A stretch of 32,000 nt of DNA, taken from the NCBI RefSeq assembly GCF_000014785.1, contig NC_008340.1, positions 2,010,001 to 2,042,000 on the forward strand. The letters are read 5' to 3'. The stretch comes from Alkalilimnicola ehrlichii MLHE-1. Lineage in GTDB: Bacteria > Pseudomonadota > Gammaproteobacteria > Nitrococcales > Halorhodospiraceae. Below are positions 16,435-25,571 of this stretch, in pieces (within the stretch, counting starts at the first letter, position 1; each line of letters opens with the position of its first letter). The position numbers were made by a program, and so were the translations under genes. The notes below the pieces were generated by a model, which worked only from the letters and a program-made list of their open reading frames with translations, was not told the origin of the DNA and searched no databases.

Positions 16435-17703
16435 TCATCGGACGCCCGCGTCCGAATAGCACTGCCGGACTTCCTCGGCGATCACCCGCAACCCCTCCGC
16501 CACCGCCTCGTCATCCTGCGAATAGGTCACCCGCAGGCACTCGTGGCGATGCGGCCAGTCTTCGTCGTCCGGCAGCCCCGGGAAGAAGTAATGCCCCGAA
16601 ACCACCAAGACACCCTTGCCCTTAAGGCGTTGGTAAAGCTCGTGGCTGGTGATGGGCAGACCCGGGAACCAGAGCCAGAGGAACATGGCCCCTTCCGGTT
16701 GATGGACAGACCAGGGACAGGCCTCGCCGAAGGCTTCGTGAAGCACGGCCACCGCCTTGCGCATCTTGGCCTCGTACCAGGGCCGGACCTGGTCGCGACT
16801 CAACGACAGGATCTCGCCGGAGCGCACCAGGCCCTCGGTGAGTTGGGGACCGAAGCTGCCGGTCGCCAGGTTGAGGATGGCATTGGTGCCACTCAGGGCG
16901 CGGATCACCTCGGGCGCGGCGATGACAATCCCAGTACGCACGGCCGGCAGCCCCAGCTTTGACAGGCTGAGGCAAAGGATCACCTGCTCGTCCCAGAAGG
17001 GCCGGGCCCGGGTATAGATCAGCTCGGGAAAGGGACTGCCGTAGGCGCCGTCGACGATCAGCGGGATATCCCACGCCCTGGCCAGTCCGTGAAGCCGGCC
17101 GATCTCCTCGTCGGTCAGCACGTTGCCGGTGGGATTGGTCGGCCGGGACACGCAAAGCGCCCCCACCTGCTCATCCAGCGCCAGTTCTTCGAAATCCAGC
17201 CGGTACTTGAAGGTGTGCGCGTCCAGCATGTCGATCCGGGGGCGCACGCTGCGGAAGGTATCCGGACCCAGCCCCGCATCGGCATAACCCAGGTATTCCG
17301 GTGCCATGGGCAGCAGGATCTGGCGCCGGCTGCCGTCCGGCATCTCGCCGGCAAAGAAGTTGAACAGCATGAAGAAGGCCGCCTGGCTGCCGTTGGTCAG
17401 GGCGATATTCTCTTCGCTCAGGCCCCAGCCGTAGGTTTCATTCAGGAGATCCTTCAGCGCACGGATGAACCGCGCCTCGCCCTGGGGTGCATCGTAAACA
17501 CCGATCAGGCGGGCCACCGCCTCCGGATCATGGGCCAGTTTCTGGAGTTCTTCACCCAGGCGTTCCTGAACCGGCGGAAAGTGCCCCGGGTTGCCCCCAC
17601 CCATCATGATCATGGGCTGATCCCCGGCCATGGCCTTGCCCAAATCATCCATCAGGCTGTTGATGCCGGCCTGTTGGGAGAATTTTTCGGCAAAAGCGGT
17701 CAT
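16435..17703 (-). CDS. avtA: Valine-pyruvate (alanine-valine) aminotransferase.
   Basis: MTAFAEKFSQQAGINSLMDDLGKA...MMGGGNP and the PLP-lysine context SLSKLGLPAVRTG. About 422 aa from ATG 17703 (the track uses GTG 17709). Confidence 0.88.
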   Translation of the reverse strand: MTAFAEKFSQQAGINSLMDDLGKAMAGDQPMIMMGGGNPGHFPPVQERLGEELQKLAHDPEAVARLIGVYDAPQGEARFIRALKDLLNETYGWGLSEENIALTNGSQAAFFMLFNFFAGEMPDGSRRQILLPMAPEYLGYADAGLGPDTFRSVRPRIDMLDAHTFKYRLDFEELALDEQVGALCVSRPTNPTGNVLTDEEIGRLHGLARAWDIPLIVDGAYGSPFPELIYTRARPFWDEQVILCLSLSKLGLPAVRTGIVIAAPEVIRALSGTNAILNLATGSFGPQLTEGLVRSGEILSLSRDQVRPWYEAKMRKAVAVLHEAFGEACPWSVHQPEGAMFLWLWFPGLPITSHELYQRLKGKGVLVVSGHYFFPGLPDDEDWPHRHECLRVTYSQDDEAVAEGLRVIAEEVRQCYSDAGVR

Positions 17704-17903
17704 CTTCACTCTTCCGGCCCTCCGGTTCGGCCTGCCGCTGCGGCAGCATATTCATCGTGATGGCCGGAAGCGTGGAGCAGGTGGCGGGCAATCGCAAGTG
17801 ACCGGAACGTGGTCGGTTTGCAAAACCGGGAGGGCTGGCCCGGCACCCGGGCGTCGACCGGCGACAGTGGACCGGACAGCCGGGGGCGCCTAAACCTTGG
17901 AAT

Positions 17904-19661
17904 ATGAATCCCGATCATGCACTCACCGAGCGAGGCCCGTTGGCGGTGGTCCGGTTCCTGGGCCTGGTGCTGCTGGGTGCCCTGATCGGCGGCGTTGCCG
18001 CGCTCGCCGCGGTGGGCTTCGTCACAGCGGTGCTGTGGCTCAATGAGATCCTGTTGATCTCACCGCGCAGCCGCATGATGTTCGACCATCCCGCCGCCCT
18101 GATCGCCGCCACCCTGGCCGTGCCGACCCTGGGCGGGCTGTTGGTGGGCCTGCTTCACCGAGCCATTCCCGAAAAGCGGCCCCATACCCCGGCCGACGTC
18201 ATCGCCGCAGTACAGACCCGACGCGGACGCCTGCCGGCCCGGGCCGGCGGCCTCTCGGCGCTGACCGCCATGATCTCGCTGGGCGCCGGCGCCTCGGTGG
18301 GCCAGTACGGCCCCCTGGTCCACATGGGCGCGACCCTGGGCTCGCTGGGCTCCCGGCTGCTGCGCCTGGGACGCTCGGAAGACAACATCACCATCGCCTG
18401 CGGCGTGGCGGCGGCCATCTCCGCCGCCTTCAATGCGCCGCTGGCGGGCATCGTCTTCGCCCATGAGGTGGTACTGCGCCATTACGCCCTGCGCGCTTTC
18501 GCCCCGGTAGCCGCAGCGGCCATCGTCGGCTATGTGGTGGCCACCACGGTGCTGGATCAGGGCGCCCTGTTCCATGTCGCCGAGACGGTCGTGCCGCGCG
18601 CCTGGGAATTCATGCTCTTCGTCGTCATCGGCGGGCTCGGCGCCCTGGTCGCCGGGGCCTACATGCACGCCATCCTCGGCGTCGGAAGGCTGGCCACCAA
18701 ACTGCCCCTTCCGGCGACCCTGCGCCCCGCGCTGGCCGGCGCCCTCCTGGGGCTGACCGCCCTCTGGGTGCCGGACATCCTCGGCATGGGCCAGGAGACG
18801 CTTCGCTTCGCCACCATCGCCGGTGCCTTCGGTGGCGGCGAGCTGCTGCTGATCCTGCTCCTCAAGCTGGCGGCCACCGCCCTCTGCCTGGGGATGGGCT
18901 TCAGCGGTGGGGTCTTCAGCCCCGCCCTGGTGATCGGGACCCTGTTCGGGGCCCTGTGCGGCACCCTCGTCGGCCAGGTCGCAGGCGCTCCCCCGGAGAC
19001 CTTCGTCTTCTATGCCGTCTGCGGCATGGTGGCGGTCACCGCGCCGGTGATCGGCGCGCCGCTGACCACCCTGCTGATCGTCTTCGAGCTGACCGGCAGC
19101 TACGCCCTCACCACCGCCGCCCTGGCCAGCGTGACGCTGGCCAGCCCCATCGCGGCCCAGCTATTCGGCCGCTCGCTGTTCGATATCCAGCTTGACCGGC
19201 GCGGCCTCGACCTCTCCGCCGGCCGCGGCCGGGCCGTCCTGCAGGCTACGTCGGTGGCCTCGCAGGTGACGCAGGATTGCGTGACCCTGCCTCCGGAAAC
19301 ACCCGTGAGCGAGGCGATCGGCGCCCTGGGCCGCGCGCGCCACGCCGAGGCCTACCTGGTCGATGCACGGGGACGCTACCGCGGCTGCGTTCTCCTTCAC
19401 GATCTCGAGGCCGCCCAGCAGGCCGACGGCGGGCGCCGACCGGCCGCAGATGTCATCGACGCCAAGCGCCCGGTGCTGCGCCCCGGCAGCTCGCTATGGG
19501 AGGCCATGGCACGGCTCGAGGAGGTCTCCGGCGAGGCGCTCGCCGTGGTCGACGATCATCGGGACAATGCGTTCATGGGGGTGGTCTACGAGGCCGGCAT
19601 CGCCCGTGCCCATCGCGTTCAGAGCGACACCCTGCGACGGGAGGAACATGGCAACGGTTAG
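17904..19661 (+). CDS. ClC-family voltage-gated chloride channel/antiporter with C-terminal CBS pair.
   Basis: GAGASVGQYGP and GGVFSPAL selectivity-filter-type motifs, about 10+ TM helices, C-terminal CBS-like region. Confidence 0.85.
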   Translation: MNPDHALTERGPLAVVRFLGLVLLGALIGGVAALAAVGFVTAVLWLNEILLISPRSRMMFDHPAALIAATLAVPTLGGLLVGLLHRAIPEKRPHTPADVIAAVQTRRGRLPARAGGLSALTAMISLGAGASVGQYGPLVHMGATLGSLGSRLLRLGRSEDNITIACGVAAAISAAFNAPLAGIVFAHEVVLRHYALRAFAPVAAAAIVGYVVATTVLDQGALFHVAETVVPRAWEFMLFVVIGGLGALVAGAYMHAILGVGRLATKLPLPATLRPALAGALLGLTALWVPDILGMGQETLRFATIAGAFGGGELLLILLLKLAATALCLGMGFSGGVFSPALVIGTLFGALCGTLVGQVAGAPPETFVFYAVCGMVAVTAPVIGAPLTTLLIVFELTGSYALTTAALASVTLASPIAAQLFGRSLFDIQLDRRGLDLSAGRGRAVLQATSVASQVTQDCVTLPPETPVSEAIGALGRARHAEAYLVDARGRYRGCVLLHDLEAAQQADGGRRPAADVIDAKRPVLRPGSSLWEAMARLEEVSGEALAVVDDHRDNAFMGVVYEAGIARAHRVQSDTLRREEHGNG

Positions 19662-20781
19662 ACGACGGATCCTGGCCCTTGCCCTGGTGCTGCTGCTCTG
19701 CGCACCGGCCCCGGCCACGACGGCGGACGACGCCCTGGTCGTGCTGAGCTGGGGCGGCGCCTACGAGCGTGCCCAGCGCGAGGCGCTGTTCGAGCCCTTC
19801 ACCGCCCGGACCGGCATCCCGGTGGAGGTGCAGCGCTACGACGGGGGCCTGGAGGCACTGCGCCGGGCCGTGGCCGACGGCGAGGTGCCCTGGGACCTTA
19901 TCGACATGACCCGCAGTGACGCCATGGCCGCCTGCGAGGAGGGCCTCCTTGCGCCGCTGCCGCCCGACCTGGCGGCGCCAGCACCGGACGGCACACCGCC
20001 AGCCCGCGATTTCCTGCCGGACGCCATCGGCCGCTGCGCCCTCACCCATACGGTGTTCGCAACCGTGGTAGCCTACCGGCCCGAAGCCTTCCCCGGCCGG
20101 CGCCCCACCGCCATCGCCGATCTCTTCGACCAGCAACGCTTCCCCGGCCCCCGTGCCCTGCAGCGCACCCCGGCGGTCAACCTGGAGTGGGCATTACGCT
20201 CCTACGGGGTGCCCCGGGAAGAGCTCTATCGACTGCTCAGCACCCCTCGCGGCCTGCGCCTGGCCCTGGGTCGGCTCGCAGAGCTCGAGGCGATCCACTG
20301 GTGGGAGGCCGGGGACACCCCGGCGCGGCTGCTCGTCGAGGGCCGGGTGGTGATGGCGTCGGGCTACAACGGCCGCTTCTTCGACGCCATGCTCCGGGAT
20401 GATGCCCCCATCGAGATCCTCTGGGACGGCCAGGTCCAGGAGCACGAGGCCTGGGCGGTTCCCCGCGGCGCCGCCCGCCCCGAGGCCGCCCGGGATCTCA
20501 TCCGCTTCGCCACCACCACCGAGCGCCTCGCCGAACTCGCCCGGCGCATTCCCTACGGGCCCGCGCGTGACTCGGCCGCCCTCCAGGTCACCACCCACCC
20601 GGACACCGGCCTGGATATGCGTCTGCACATCCCCACCCATCCGCTGAATGCCGCAGGCGCCATCGTCAAAGACGAAGACTGGTACGCCCACACCCAATCG
20701 CGACTGGACGACTACTTCGAGGCCTGGCTGGCTACCGACGGCTGCCGGATCTCCCTGAATGAGCCGTGCCCGTCGCCGTGA
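19648..20781 (+). CDS. Periplasmic solute-binding protein (PotD/PotF-like, ABC-type), orphan.
   Basis: ATG at 19648 with a GGGAGGAA SD. Signal peptide MATVRRRILALALVLLLCAPAPA. LVVLSWGGAYE is a start typical of family-1 SBPs. It overlaps the ClC stop by 14 nt. Confidence 0.75.
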   Translation: MATVRRRILALALVLLLCAPAPATTADDALVVLSWGGAYERAQREALFEPFTARTGIPVEVQRYDGGLEALRRAVADGEVPWDLIDMTRSDAMAACEEGLLAPLPPDLAAPAPDGTPPARDFLPDAIGRCALTHTVFATVVAYRPEAFPGRRPTAIADLFDQQRFPGPRALQRTPAVNLEWALRSYGVPREELYRLLSTPRGLRLALGRLAELEAIHWWEAGDTPARLLVEGRVVMASGYNGRFFDAMLRDDAPIEILWDGQVQEHEAWAVPRGAARPEAARDLIRFATTTERLAELARRIPYGPARDSAALQVTTHPDTGLDMRLHIPTHPLNAAGAIVKDEDWYAHTQSRLDDYFEAWLATDGCRISLNEPCPSP

Positions 20782-20938
20782 ATGTGGTCTGGCTGCGGGG
20801 CTGCTTGACCCAATACACCTCCGGGCGCGCCCTCTCCGCCCGATCACCGCGTGTTCCCTTCCGCACAGACAACACCCCTTTATGGGCCTAGCCTGAACCT
20901 ATGCTTGCATGTGCCTTAGAAAGACAGAGGTTAGCTGG

Positions 20939-21988
20939 ATGAGTTCGCAAGACGCATCGAACATCGGTGCCGTAGACAACCCGCGAGCGCTGCGGCGCTC
21001 ACTGAGCCACTACCGTGAGCCCAGAGTCGCGCGAAGTGTTGTGGAAATCCTGATCACGGTTATTCCCTTCGTGTTGCTGTGGGGGGTGGCATGGAGCGCC
21101 CAGAACGCCGGCTACTGGATCGGCCTGATCGCCGTCGTGCCGGCAGCCGGGTTTCTCGTCCGTTTATTCATGATCCAGCACGATTGCAGCCACGGGTCGT
21201 TTTTCCGCTCCCGGCGCGCCAATAACTGGGTCGGGCGGGTCATCGGGGTGCTGACCCTCACGCCTTTCGATCTATGGCGCCACAGCCACGCCACCCATCA
21301 CGCCACCTCCGGAAACCTGGACCGGCCGAATATCGGCGGCATCGAGACGCTGACCGTGCGTGAGTACCAGGCCCTCCCGCGGCTGCACAGGCTGCGCTAT
21401 CGCCTGTACCGTCATCCACTGGTCCTGTTCGGTATCGGCCCTGTGTACCTCTTTCTGCTGGCCAACCGCCTGCCGTTCGGTTTCATGCGGTCGGGGTGGA
21501 TGCCCTGGGTGAGCACCATGGGCACCAATGCGGCCATCGCCCTCGTTGTGGCCGGCATGATCTGGCTGGTTGGCCTGGGCCCCTTTCTGCTCGTGCAGTT
21601 GCCCATCACGCTGCTGGGCGCTGTGATCGGTGTCTGGCTGTTCTACGTCCAGCACCAGTTCGAAGACACCTACTGGCGGCACCAGGAGGAGTGGAGCTTC
21701 GATGAGGCCGCCGTTCACGGCAGTTCCCACTACGTATTGCCGGGCATCCTGCGCTGGTTCAGCGCCAATATCGGCGTCCACCATGTCCACCACTTGTGCT
21801 CCCGCATTCCATCCTACCGGCTGCCCGAAGTGCTGCGGGATCATCCCGAGCTTCGGGACGTGGGCCGGATCACACTGCGGCAAAGCCTGGCGTCCGTACC
21901 GCTCGCACTGTGGGATGAGGACAAACAGCGCCTGGTGTCCTTCAAAGAGGCGCGGGCCGGTTCGGAGCCGCAAAGCGCGTATCAATGA
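20939..21988 (+). CDS. Membrane fatty-acid desaturase.
   Basis: Three His boxes (HDCSH, HATHH, HHVHH) and TM segments. ATG at 20939 with a GAGG SD (alternative ATG at 20909). Confidence 0.88.
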   Translation: MSSQDASNIGAVDNPRALRRSLSHYREPRVARSVVEILITVIPFVLLWGVAWSAQNAGYWIGLIAVVPAAGFLVRLFMIQHDCSHGSFFRSRRANNWVGRVIGVLTLTPFDLWRHSHATHHATSGNLDRPNIGGIETLTVREYQALPRLHRLRYRLYRHPLVLFGIGPVYLFLLANRLPFGFMRSGWMPWVSTMGTNAAIALVVAGMIWLVGLGPFLLVQLPITLLGAVIGVWLFYVQHQFEDTYWRHQEEWSFDEAAVHGSSHYVLPGILRWFSANIGVHHVHHLCSRIPSYRLPEVLRDHPELRDVGRITLRQSLASVPLALWDEDKQRLVSFKEARAGSEPQSAYQ

Positions 21989-22075
21989 CCGACAGCCCCC
22001 GGGAAACGCTGCCACCCCCAGCGCCAGCCATCCATGCAGCGCCGGCGGAAAAGCCGGTCCCAGTGGACGCCGCTA

Positions 22076-22669
22076 TCAGGTATCGGGGCTGATTTCCTTC
22101 GTCATCAAGACCCAATCCCCGGTGTGGGCACACCGGGGAAACGGCACGATCTGGCGTCGGGCGATGGCCTGGTAACCGAGTTTCTCGTAAAGCCGTCGCG
22201 CCCGGGCATTCTCCTCCGCCACGATCAGGCTAAGCACCCCGGCACCCGACGCCGCGGCGAGGTGCTCGGCCCAGTCCATGAGCCTCCGCCCTACCCCTTG
22301 GCCGCGATAGGCCGTGTCCGTGGCCACGGCGTTGATGTACCACGACCCGGGAACAAGCGCTTCCAACTCGATGAGCGGCCGGACCACAACGGGGATCTCG
22401 TCCAACGGGCCGGCTTCATAGGGATCAGGCAGCCGATAGCCGAGCAGCATCCCGGCCATGGCGCCATCATATTCCGCAACATAGGTGTTGGTATAACTGA
22501 ACCCGCCTTCCGTTCTGGCCACCCTCCGGGCACCAAACGCCAAGGCATCTTCGCCCGGCCCCGCCATGCGCCCCCAGAGATAGGCAGGTATGCCCTCACC
22601 CGCCAAGTTCATGAGCTCGGCCAGCTTCGGGGCGTCTTCTGCCTTGGCGTTACGAACGCTCAGGTCCAT
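22076..22669 (-). CDS. GNAT-family N-acetyltransferase.
   Basis: 197 aa from ATG 22669 (GAGGAAG SD). Acetyl-CoA motif YRGQGVGRRLMDWAE and ARRLYEKLGY. Confidence 0.85.
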   Translation of the reverse strand: MDLSVRNAKAEDAPKLAELMNLAGEGIPAYLWGRMAGPGEDALAFGARRVARTEGGFSYTNTYVAEYDGAMAGMLLGYRLPDPYEAGPLDEIPVVVRPLIELEALVPGSWYINAVATDTAYRGQGVGRRLMDWAEHLAAASGAGVLSLIVAEENARARRLYEKLGYQAIARRQIVPFPRCAHTGDWVLMTKEISPDT

Positions 22670-22785
22670 AGCTTCCTCGACAACCACCGCACAAAAGAGC
22701 CGACCTTTGGCGAAGATCGAACCATCCGCACTGCGGTACCCAGCATCATCGGCCAAGGCTGCGCTTCCCGCAATGCGGGCGCACC

Positions 22786-23193
22786 GTGCGCCTGGCACAC
22801 AGGGCAACTCTGAGCCATACTACGACAATACATGGATTATCGGAGCACCAGTTGGACCATTGTGACCACCACACCGCCCGTCTCCCGGAGCTCCCCTCGC
22901 CCGAGGCCCTGAACCAAGCAGCAGAGATGTTCCGGGCCATGGGCGACCCGGAGCGGCTGCGCCTGCTCACGATGCTGCAGGGCGGGGAGCGCTGTGTGGG
23001 GGAACTGGTGGGAGAGAACGACAAGCTGAGTACCGTTTCGGCGCGTCTGCAGAGCCTGCACCGCGCCCGTCTGTTACACCGGCGCCGGGAGGCCCGGCAC
23101 ATTTTTTACCGGCTTGCCGACGAGCATGTCGCAGAGCTGTTGAACAATGCACTGGAACACGCATCGGAGCGCAACCCGTCCCCTACTCCTTAG
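22786..23193 (+). CDS. ArsR/SmtB-family metalloregulator (SmtB/CzrA-like alpha5-site sensor).
   Basis: ERCVGELV...STVSARLQSLHRARLL...HIFYRLADEHVAELLNNALEHASE has the D-x-H-x10-H-x2-E alpha5 metal site fully present. The start is uncertain: GTG 22786, or TTG 22852 (GGAG 6 nt upstream). Confidence 0.85.
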   Translation: MRLAHRATLSHTTTIHGLSEHQLDHCDHHTARLPELPSPEALNQAAEMFRAMGDPERLRLLTMLQGGERCVGELVGENDKLSTVSARLQSLHRARLLHRRREARHIFYRLADEHVAELLNNALEHASERNPSPTP

Positions 23194-23206
23194 GGAGGAA
23201 ACCCTG

Positions 23207-23554
23207 ATGAGCTGCCAAAAACACCCGAACCACGATCATGACCACGGCCCCGGCTGCGGCCACACCGCTGTGGAACACGACGGTCACGTGGATTACCTGC
23301 ACGATGGCCACCTGCACCATCCGCACGGCGATCATGTCGACGAACATGTGATCGAGGTCAGCGACACCAATCCGGACCGCTGCACCCCTGATCACCGCTG
23401 TGATGGCCACGAACCCGGTCACGTCCATGGCCCCGGCTGCGGTCACGAGCCCGTTCCGCACGGTGATCACATCGACTACCTGGTGGACGGGCACCTGCAC
23501 CACCCGCATGGCGACCACTGCGACGACCACGGGCCGCTCAAGGTGTTGACCTAG
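23207..23554 (+). CDS. Histidine-rich, internally duplicated putative metal-binding protein.
   Basis: 115 aa with a GGGAGGAA SD, 13 nt after the arsR-like stop. Two copies of HGPGCGH..V.H.GH(V/I)DYL.DGHLHHPHGDH.D.H. Confidence 0.75.
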   Translation: MSCQKHPNHDHDHGPGCGHTAVEHDGHVDYLHDGHLHHPHGDHVDEHVIEVSDTNPDRCTPDHRCDGHEPGHVHGPGCGHEPVPHGDHIDYLVDGHLHHPHGDHCDDHGPLKVLT

Positions 23555-23630
23555 TCGGATTGTGCGCCACCTCCCATCGGTGGCCATCCGGGCCATAGAA
23601 GTAACCACTAAAAGAGACCTATAACGCCGC

Positions 23631-24053
23631 TCACTCTCCGGAATACAGCTGAAACACCTCTTTCTCTGTAAGGTTCCTGGTCTTTTCTGCAAATGAATAG
23701 AAAGAGGGTTTCTGATCAATAAATATTTGCTCCCGAAACTCCCACACGTCCCTGTCATCGAACAGGCCGACGGGGATCGCATAGTGGTTTTCTTTCTTTA
23801 ACCGGTAAAACAGGTGGGTACCACACCTCCGACAGAACCCCCGCACCGCCCATTCCGACGAGCTAAACGTGGTTATATGCTCGGTGCCCTCAAACTCCAC
23901 GTCACTACCGCACTCGGCAGCAAAAAGCGGACCTCCACCCCATGTCCGGCACATCTTGCAGTGACATGCGCCAATGCTTGTACCCTGGGTTCTTGCCTTA
24001 ACTCGAACCGCACCGCAAAGGCAAGCGCCGCTGTGCTCGATTCCAGATTCCAT
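23631..24053 (-). CDS. GFA (glutathione-dependent formaldehyde-activating / CENP-V) family protein.
   Basis: CLCGAVRV, CHCKMCRTWGGGP, FCRRCGTHLFY cysteine motifs. AGGAGAA SD. Visibly lower GC than its neighbours. Confidence 0.88.
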   Translation of the reverse strand: MESGIEHSGACLCGAVRVKARTQGTSIGACHCKMCRTWGGGPLFAAECGSDVEFEGTEHITTFSSSEWAVRGFCRRCGTHLFYRLKKENHYAIPVGLFDDRDVWEFREQIFIDQKPSFYSFAEKTRNLTEKEVFQLYSGE

Positions 24054-24142
24054 ACCGTTCTCCTACAGCTTCCTCCCGCACCTCGATTCTTCGCCCGGAG
24101 GGATCCCCTACTGCGACGGGGGGGGAAACCAGGTGGCGGCCG

Positions 24143-24598
24143 CTACTGACCAGCCGCCTCGGCTGCAATGCCGTTCAGCGCCTCGACCACCTTGTCCAGC
24201 GGAAGGTCACAGCCCTCCAGCCCGTGACGCTCCGCCAGGTACAGCGGATCGTTCCACTCCACCAGGGTGCGGCCCTCATCTTCCCGGATGACCATCTTCT
24301 GCGGCAGGTCCAGGGCCACCTGCCCCTGGCACTGCATCATTGGCGTACCCACCTGCGGGTTACCAAAGATGAAGGTCCGGGTCTCGGGCAGGCTCTCGCC
24401 CACGCCGCGGGCGTTCTCCGCATGATGGACCACCTGCACCAGGGTCATGCCGCGTGCGTTGAGGGCCGCACGCAGCCGGTCATCAACGGCTTCAATGGCA
24501 TCGGGGCTTTCGAGTCGCTCCACACCCTGGCCCGCGAACGCGGTCTGAGTCGCGAGGGTCATCACCACGGCCGCAACAAACAGGATTGCGTTTTTCAT
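24143..24598 (-). CDS. DUF302 domain-containing protein with signal peptide.
   Basis: MKNAILFVAAVVMTLATQTAFA signal peptide; TFIFGNPQVGTPMM...LDLPQKMVI is typical of DUF302. Confidence 0.8.
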   Translation of the reverse strand: MKNAILFVAAVVMTLATQTAFAGQGVERLESPDAIEAVDDRLRAALNARGMTLVQVVHHAENARGVGESLPETRTFIFGNPQVGTPMMQCQGQVALDLPQKMVIREDEGRTLVEWNDPLYLAERHGLEGCDLPLDKVVEALNGIAAEAAGQ

Positions 24599-24809
24599 GT
24601 CCGTTCTCCGCTGCGGGCGTTGCTCTAAAGCATCGACCACCTTGGTGCATCTGGCAAACCGACACCGCGATTCCGTTCGAGGGGCGGGAGCGTCCAAGGC
24701 TCCGGATCACGAATGCGCCGCAACGCTCTGGACAGCGTCAGGTGGCGTTGACAAGTGCTTCTTTTCGTTATTCTGCAAGCCCTTTACGGGTGATTAACCG
24801 GGGCGGGGA

Positions 24810-25571
24810 TCAATCCTTCCCCGGCCGGGCCTCGCTCCCCCAGAGTTGATCCAGGCGCGCATAGCGGCCACATCGGGTCACATAGAACCTGTAGCGCAGC
24901 GGATTCTTCTGATAGTAGTTCTGGTGGTACTCCTCGGCCGGGTAGAACGTGCTCCGATCGCAGAATTGTCCGCCGCCGTCGAACGCCTCTTCAACGCACC
25001 AGAAGCAACCACCCGCAAACAGGGCCGTGGCCCGTTCCTCGTCGTCAGCGTGGCCCGTTGCCGGCGCGAAACGCAGGGCGAGCCCGTTGTTACACCAGCG
25101 CCGGCCCGTGGGCGCGGGGCCGTCTTCGAAAACATGCCCCTGGTGCCCCCGGCAACGGATGCAATGGTATTCCGTGCGCACCATCCAGAGCAGGCGATCC
25201 TGCTTCGTGCCCACGTGCCCCGGGAAGGGCTGGTAGAAACTGGGCCAACCGGTGCGGCTGTCGAACTTGGTATCGGAGCTGAACAGCGGCAGATGACACG
25301 CCGCGCAGACGTAGGTGCCGTCCTCGTAGCGTTCGTCCAGCGGGCTCGAGAAGGGACGCTCCGTCCCACCGCGGAACAGGATTCTCCAGGCAGCATGGGG
25401 GACGTGCGCGCGCCAGAACGCCGGATCATGCGCAAGGGTTCCAAGATCCCATGCGCGTCCAGTCACGCGATGGAACTCGCGCACCTCCAAGCGGCCCATT
25501 GCTGCGCCCACCGGTAGTAACAGGCTTGCGCCTGTTCCGAGCGTGAGTATCAGAAAGTCACGACGCTGCAT
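24810..25571 (-). CDS. msrB: Tat-signal peptide-methionine (R)-S-oxide reductase MsrB fused to a vestigial, internally deleted MsrA domain.
   Basis: MQRRDFLILTLGTGASLLLPVGAA twin-arginine leader. Complete MsrB (CAACHLPLFSSDTKFDSRTGWPSF...HCIRCRGHQGHVFEDGP). MsrA pieces FAGGCFWCVEEAFD | GGGQFCDRS | TFYPAEEYHQNYYQKNP total only about 75 aa. Confidence 0.8.
   Translation of the reverse strand: MQRRDFLILTLGTGASLLLPVGAAMGRLEVREFHRVTGRAWDLGTLAHDPAFWRAHVPHAAWRILFRGGTERPFSSPLDERYEDGTYVCAACHLPLFSSDTKFDSRTGWPSFYQPFPGHVGTKQDRLLWMVRTEYHCIRCRGHQGHVFEDGPAPTGRRWCNNGLALRFAPATGHADDEERATALFAGGCFWCVEEAFDGGGQFCDRSTFYPAEEYHQNYYQKNPLRYRFYVTRCGRYARLDQLWGSEARPGKD

Noticed and set aside
24748-24774. Near-consensus TTGACA with TATTCT on the plus strand.
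   Set aside because: The spacer is only 15 nt, and it points into the antisense of the msrB 3' end with no ORF to serve. I treat it as a chance match.
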